Shown: one piece after another, positions 59,593 to 64,000 of the stretch
Position numbering within the stretch: the first letter of the stretch is position 1
How the letters are laid out: every line of letters starts with the position of its first letter
Assembly: GCA_036676495.1 (NCBI GenBank)
Contig: JAKFCT010000080.1
Location: forward strand, 89,277 to 153,276
Source: Candidatus Sericytochromatia bacterium
GTDB taxonomy: Bacteria > Cyanobacteriota > Sericytochromatia > S15B-MN24 > UBA4093
Direction: 5' to 3'
Length of the DNA stretch: 64,000 bases
Notes under the pieces: generated by a model
What the model saw: the letters and a program-made list of their open reading frames with translations, nothing else
The model's database searches: none
What the model was told of the DNA's origin: nothing
Translations under genes and position numbers: made by a program

Positions 59593-61626
59593 TTAGCGGG
59601 AGGCGCGCCGGCGCGGCTTGGCCTCGGCGGGGTCCTTGCCCGTTCGGACCGCTTCTTGCTGCTCGCGCAGGGCCTGGAGCTGGTCGCGCAGGACGGCGGC
59701 GGTCTCGAAGTCCAGGATGCTGGCGGCTTGCTTCATCTGATGCTCCAGGTCCTTGATGAGGGCAGGAAGGTCGCTGGGGTCGCCCACCACGGGAGCCGGG
59801 ACCGGCGCGCCGATGGACTCGCCCGAGAGGCTCTCGAGGATGAGGTTGCGGGTGGACTTTTTGATGGCCTGCGGAACGATGCCGTGCTGCTCGTTGTGGG
59901 CGAGCTGGATGACGCGGCGGCGTTCGGTCTCGTCGAGGGCCCGGGCCATGGAGTCCGTGAGCTTGTCCGCGTACATGAGCACCTGGCCGCGAGGGTGACG
60001 GGCCGCGCGGCCGATCATCTGGATGAGCGAGCGATCCGAGCGCAGGAAGCCTTCCTTGTCGGCGTCCAAGATGGCGACCAGCGAGACCTCGGGAAGGTCG
60101 AGGCCCTCTCGAAGCAGGTTCACGCCGATCAGCACGTCGAAGGCGCCCTCGCGCAGGTCGCGCAGGATGGCGATCCGCTCCAGGGACTTGATGTCCGAGT
60201 GCAGGTAGCGCACGCGGATCCCGACTTCCTGCATGTACTCGGTGAGGTCCTCGGCCATGCGCTTGGTGAGCGTGGTGACGAGCACGCGCTCGGAGCGGTC
60301 GATGCGGTCGCGGACCTCGCCGAGGAGATCGTCGATCTGCCCCTGGATGGGGCGGACGAAGACTTCCGGATCGACCAGGCCGGTGGGACGGATGATCATC
60401 TCCACCTTGCGCTCGGAGATGCCGAGCTCGTGCGGGCCGGGGGTGGCCGAGACGAAGATCTTCTGGCCCACCTTCTCCCAAAACTCGGCAATCTTGAGCG
60501 GGCGGTTGTCCAGGGCCGAGGGCAGTCGGAAGCCGTGCTCGACGAGGGTCTCCTTGCGGGCCCGGTCGCCGTTGTACATGCCCTGGATCTGCGGGATGGT
60601 GATGTGGGACTCGTCGATGATGACCAGGAAGTCCTTGGAGAAGTAGTCCAGGAGGGTCGGCGGAGGCTCGCCCGGAAGCAGGCCGGTGAAGTGCCGGGAG
60701 TAGTTCTCGATGCCCTGGCAGTAGCCGATTTCCCGCAGCATCTCGAGGTCGTAGCGGGTGCGTTGCTCGAGCCGCTGGGCTTCGAGCAGCTTGCCCTGGT
60801 CATTGAGCTGCTTGACCCGGGCCTCGGCCTCGGCCTCGATGGTGAGGACGGCGCGCTCGAGGGTCGCAGGCGAGGTGACGAAGTGCTTGGCGGGCCAGAC
60901 GATGAACTCGGGGCGCACGCTCAGGATCTCGCCCGTGACCGGGTCGATCTCGGAGATCCGGTCGATCTCGTCGCCGAAGAGCTCGATGCGGAAGACGTTG
61001 TCCTCGTAGGCCGGAACGATCTCGAGGGTGTCCCCGCGGACCCGGAAGCGCCCGCGGGTCAGCTCGACGTCATTGCGCTCGTACTGCACCTCGATGAGGC
61101 GCAAGAGCAGCTCGTCGCGCGAGATTTCCTCGCCGACCTTGAGGGTGACGCTGGCGTTGAGGTATTCCTGGGGCTGGCCCAAGCCGTAAATGCAGGAGAC
61201 GGAGGCGACCACGATCACGTCCCGGCGCTCCAAGAGCGAGCGGGTGGCCGAGTGGCGCAGGCGGTCGATCTCGTCGTTGATGCTGGCGCTCTTCTCGATG
61301 TAGGTGTCGGTTCGCGGGATGTAGGCTTCGGGCTGGTAGAAGTCGTAGTAGGAGATGAAGTACTCGACCCGGTTTCTTGGGAAGAACTCGCGGAGCTCGT
61401 TGCAGAGCTGGGCGGCCAGGGTCTTGTTATGGGCGAGCACCAGCGTGGGGCGCTGGACCTGCTGGATCACGTTGGCGATCGCGTAGGTCTTGCCCGAGCC
61501 GGTGATGCCCAGCAAGGTCTGGGCGTCGAAACCCTGTTGCAGGCCGTCGGTCAGCGCGGCGATCGCCGCCGGCTGGTCACCTGCGGGAGCGTAAGGAGCT
61601 GCGAGGTCGAAACGGGTGTCGAGCAA
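59593..61626 (-). CDS. uvrB: Excinuclease ABC subunit B
   Basis: [45 protein letters not shown]-terminal UVR domain. Confidence 0.98.
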   Translation of the reverse strand: MLDTRFDLAAPYAPAGDQPAAIAALTDGLQQGFDAQTLLGITGSGKTYAIANVIQQVQRPTLVLAHNKTLAAQLCNELREFFPRNRVEYFISYYDFYQPEAYIPRTDTYIEKSASINDEIDRLRHSATRSLLERRDVIVVASVSCIYGLGQPQEYLNASVTLKVGEEISRDELLLRLIEVQYERNDVELTRGRFRVRGDTLEIVPAYEDNVFRIELFGDEIDRISEIDPVTGEILSVRPEFIVWPAKHFVTSPATLERAVLTIEAEAEARVKQLNDQGKLLEAQRLEQRTRYDLEMLREIGYCQGIENYSRHFTGLLPGEPPPTLLDYFSKDFLVIIDESHITIPQIQGMYNGDRARKETLVEHGFRLPSALDNRPLKIAEFWEKVGQKIFVSATPGPHELGISERKVEMIIRPTGLVDPEVFVRPIQGQIDDLLGEVRDRIDRSERVLVTTLTKRMAEDLTEYMQEVGIRVRYLHSDIKSLERIAILRDLREGAFDVLIGVNLLREGLDLPEVSLVAILDADKEGFLRSDRSLIQMIGRAARHPRGQVLMYADKLTDSMARALDETERRRVIQLAHNEQHGIVPQAIKKSTRNLILESLSGESIGAPVPAPVVGDPSDLPALIKDLEHQMKQAASILDFETAAVLRDQLQALREQQEAVRTGKDPAEAKPRRRASR

Positions 61627-61629
61627 CGC

Positions 61630-61914
61630 TTACCTCGTCTCAGGAGGCGTGGCCTCGGGCGGGGTGATCCCGGGAGCCTCGGTCGGCTGATCCTTGGGTT
61701 GAGCCGCGGCGCTCGGCTGAGCCGCGGCGCGGTCGGCGGCGTCGGCCGCGTCGAGCTCACGCTTGACCGACTCGGTCACCTCGCGGGTGCCCTTCTTGAA
61801 CTCCGAAATGCTCTTGCCGAAAGCGCGCGCCAGCTCGGGCAGCTTCTTGGGCCCGACCACGAGCAACGCCACTCCCGCGATGACTGCCAGTTCTCCTGGT
61901 CCAATTCCGAACAT
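61630..61914 (-). CDS. tatA: Twin-arginine translocase TatA/E/B-family subunit
   Basis: [34 protein letters not shown]. Confidence 0.88.
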   Translation of the reverse strand: MFGIGPGELAVIAGVALLVVGPKKLPELARAFGKSISEFKKGTREVTESVKRELDAADAADRAAAQPSAAAQPKDQPTEAPGITPPEATPPETR

Positions 61915-61959
61915 GTCTTCCCCTTTGAGCGGCCAATTTGCCGCGTGATACGCGTCACC

Positions 61960-61988
61960 ATTATAGCCTTGCGCGGGGAGGGCGTCTA
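61960..61988 (-). promoter_or_regulatory. Sigma70-type promoter for tatA-uvrB-kinase
   Basis: TAGACG-17 bp-TATAAT on the minus strand. Confidence 0.6.
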
Positions 61989-62110
61989 TTCAAGGCGGCC
62001 TCACCCGCGGAGCAGGCGAACGCGATCCTGGGTACAAGGGAGGTATTGCGCTTTCGCGGAAGCGGCGTCTTTGGCGCTGACGTAGCCGTCTTGTAGCAAG
62101 AGGAACCCGT

Positions 62111-63634
62111 ATGGCCGAGACTCCCCGCCTTCCGAGCGCCCGTCGCTCCTCCCCGCTGACTCAGACGGTCAAGCGGGGGACCCAGAAACTCTCCGCCAGC
62201 GTGACCTCCGCGATGCGCAAGGGAACGGCCAAGCTTGCCGCCGTCCCGGATCGGCTTCAGCTCTCCACGCTGCAAAAGCTCAAGGAAGGCAACCGGATCG
62301 CCTTGGCCGCGGCCGGTGACAACCTCGCCAAGACGTTCAGCAAGCCGCTCACCTTGCTCGCGAACCTCGGGAAAGGGATCGCGACCCTGATCGCCCGACC
62401 CGGCGAGGCCTTTGGCGCAGTGGCCGACCGCTTCAAAAAGGATCCCGTCGACGGTGTGATCGCCGGCGCGAACCTCGGGGCCTCCTACGCGGGCCTCGGC
62501 TCGGTGGCCCTGGTCGCCGCGGCCTTCCTCGCCGCTCCCTTCACCGCCGGAGCCTCGCTGGGCTTGCTTCCCGTGGCCGCGACCATGGGCTCGGTGGCCG
62601 GCGTCACGGGCCTCGCTACCCTCGGAGGGTCCTTTCTCAAGAACCAAGTGGACATCGCGACGGCCGAGACCCGCCAGGAACTCGAAAAGGAAGCCCGGGA
62701 ACTGGGAGAGGACTACGCCAACGCGGGCGTCCAGGTGGTCAGCTACGGGGCTGGCAAGGCCCTCCACAAGGTTGCCGAGGCGGTCAAGCCCAAGAACCTC
62801 ACCCCCTCGTCGGTACAGCGGGTCGCCGACACGCTGGCGGATAAGGTCCGCGAAAAACTGGCCAAGCAGCATGCCGACGCCCATGGCGGGCTCTTGGTCA
62901 ACGACATGAGCCTGGACGAGCTGCGTGACGCGGCCGTGACGCAGGTTCGCGAGGCCATGGATGGGACGGCCCAGGGCCAGCGCGACTTGCGGGTCATCAA
63001 TTTGGACCGGGGCTCGTTCGACGCGCTCGACGACCTCGGCGATCGCCGCCTGGTCTATCACGGCACGCGCGAGGAAATCGGCGCGTTGATCCAGCAGAAC
63101 GGCTTCCGGTCTAGTGAACTCGGGGACTACGGCTCGGGTGTCTACCTGGCCACGTCCCCCAAGACCGGCGTCGGTTACGCCGACAACGTCACCATTTCGC
63201 GCTCACCCAGCCCCAAGGCCCAGCCGGTGGTCATCACCGCGGAGGTCGCCACCGGCAAGGTCATGGACTACCTCTCGGAGAAAGATCGCTTCATGGCTTG
63301 GGCCAAGGAGCGCTTCGACCCGACGGACCTGAGCGATCCGGTCAACGTCCCCTACCTCAAGCCGTCGGTCCCCGTGAATCCGCTCGTGGACAATACCTAC
63401 ACCCGCTACTTGCCGCGCTACGCCAAGGAGATGGGCTACGACGCGATCCTGGTTCGCAACGCCGAGGGCCTCGGCAAGGACTTCTGGGTGGTGCATGATA
63501 CCGAGCGCCTGATCATCCGCCAGGCCATCCATCTCGACGCCCCCACCAATCGCGAGCTCTTCCCCTCCAGCATCGACGGGCGCGTCGCCGCGACGATCAC
63601 CCAGACTCACCAGACCACCGAAGCCGAGTCCTAG
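62111..63634 (+). CDS. Putative toxin/effector: hydrophobic hairpin plus C-terminal PARP-like ADP-ribosyltransferase domain
   Basis: LVYHGT...NGF...YGSGVYLAT...GYA...GYDAILV...FWVV; N-terminal half has an Ala/Gly-rich hairpin with APFTAGASL; no Sec/Tat signal. Confidence 0.75.
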   Translation: MAETPRLPSARRSSPLTQTVKRGTQKLSASVTSAMRKGTAKLAAVPDRLQLSTLQKLKEGNRIALAAAGDNLAKTFSKPLTLLANLGKGIATLIARPGEAFGAVADRFKKDPVDGVIAGANLGASYAGLGSVALVAAAFLAAPFTAGASLGLLPVAATMGSVAGVTGLATLGGSFLKNQVDIATAETRQELEKEARELGEDYANAGVQVVSYGAGKALHKVAEAVKPKNLTPSSVQRVADTLADKVREKLAKQHADAHGGLLVNDMSLDELRDAAVTQVREAMDGTAQGQRDLRVINLDRGSFDALDDLGDRRLVYHGTREEIGALIQQNGFRSSELGDYGSGVYLATSPKTGVGYADNVTISRSPSPKAQPVVITAEVATGKVMDYLSEKDRFMAWAKERFDPTDLSDPVNVPYLKPSVPVNPLVDNTYTRYLPRYAKEMGYDAILVRNAEGLGKDFWVVHDTERLIIRQAIHLDAPTNRELFPSSIDGRVAATITQTHQTTEAES

Positions 63635-63783
63635 AGCGAAAAACGTTGCTACAGGTCAGCGAGCGTTGAGTTTAAGCCCCTGTTCATGCCTGTCACGGCT
63701 AACGCTCGCTGCCTTACGCAACAGCCGCGGGCGCTAACCGGGTTTCGGAGCGGCGAGCGAAAACGAGAACCCAAGGGAGAACG

Positions 63784-63814
63784 AAAAAGGGAGGCGGCCG
63801 AAGCCGCCTCCCTT
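63784..63814 (-). terminator. Intrinsic terminator of groEL
   Basis: GGGAGGCGGC-TTCG-GCCGCCTCCC followed by TTTTT on the minus strand. Confidence 0.88.
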
Positions 63815-63834
63815 GAGCGTCCCGTGAGGGAAGC

Positions 63835-64000
63835 TTACATCATCCCCATGTCGGGCATGCCGGCGGGCATGGCGGGGCCCTTCTTCTCGGGCTTGTCGAC
63901 GACGAGCGCCTCGGTGGTGAGGAGCATCGACGCGATGGAAGCCGCGTTCTCGAGGGCCGAGCGGGTGACCTTGGCGGGGTCCACGATGCCGGCGCCGATC
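63835..64000 (-). CDS. groEL: Chaperonin GroEL, 3' end only
   Basis: Manual translation: [51 protein letters not shown]. Confidence 0.95.
   Translation of the reverse strand, partial: IGAGIVDPAKVTRSALENAASIASMLLTTEALVVDKPEKKGPAMPAGMPDMGMM

Noticed and set aside
63640-63770. Integron attC site, SRP RNA or tRNA
   Set aside because: The core sites are in the wrong order for attC (GTT precedes AAC) and there is no integrase. No SRP domain IV motif or tRNA T-loop is visible.

Overview
GC-rich chromosomal window from a diderm bacterium (TolC and many lipoproteins). A Terrabacteria-type GAAC-N4-GTTC LexA box, a complete NuoA-N complex I and lipoprotein-rich accessory genes fit a non-photosynthetic cyanobacterial relative such as Ca. 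Sericytochromatia, but that is inference only. Left to right it holds: a MerR-led efflux/outer-membrane operon, an MFS transporter, a Nudix hydrolase and mnmA; three tandem paralogous lipoproteins with a conserved pro-domain and variable Arg/Gly/Phe/Tyr-rich tails; nfi, a BON-SRPBCC protein, a glycogen-debranching enzyme, an SDR, egtD, an MCP and egtB; an unannotated 69/70-aa repeat protein and cheX-cheY-cheA-cheR-cheR-cheB; nuoA-N preceded by a MidA/NDUFAF7-type methyltransferase; a CheY-MshEN-like fusion, a second Nudix and a DEDDh exonuclease; degenerate EndoV and LeuB paralogs; a delta-60 lipoprotein, uvrA, a pseudokinase-kinase membrane protein, uvrB and tatA; an orphan membrane-hairpin/ADP-ribosyltransferase protein; and the 3' end of groEL. 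No rRNA, tRNA, CRISPR array or transposase was recognised. The strongest candidate for an undescribed system is the lipoprotein triplet at 7.9-10.6 kb, where each gene has its own matching promoter and terminator. All calls come from reading motifs by eye; no database search was run.
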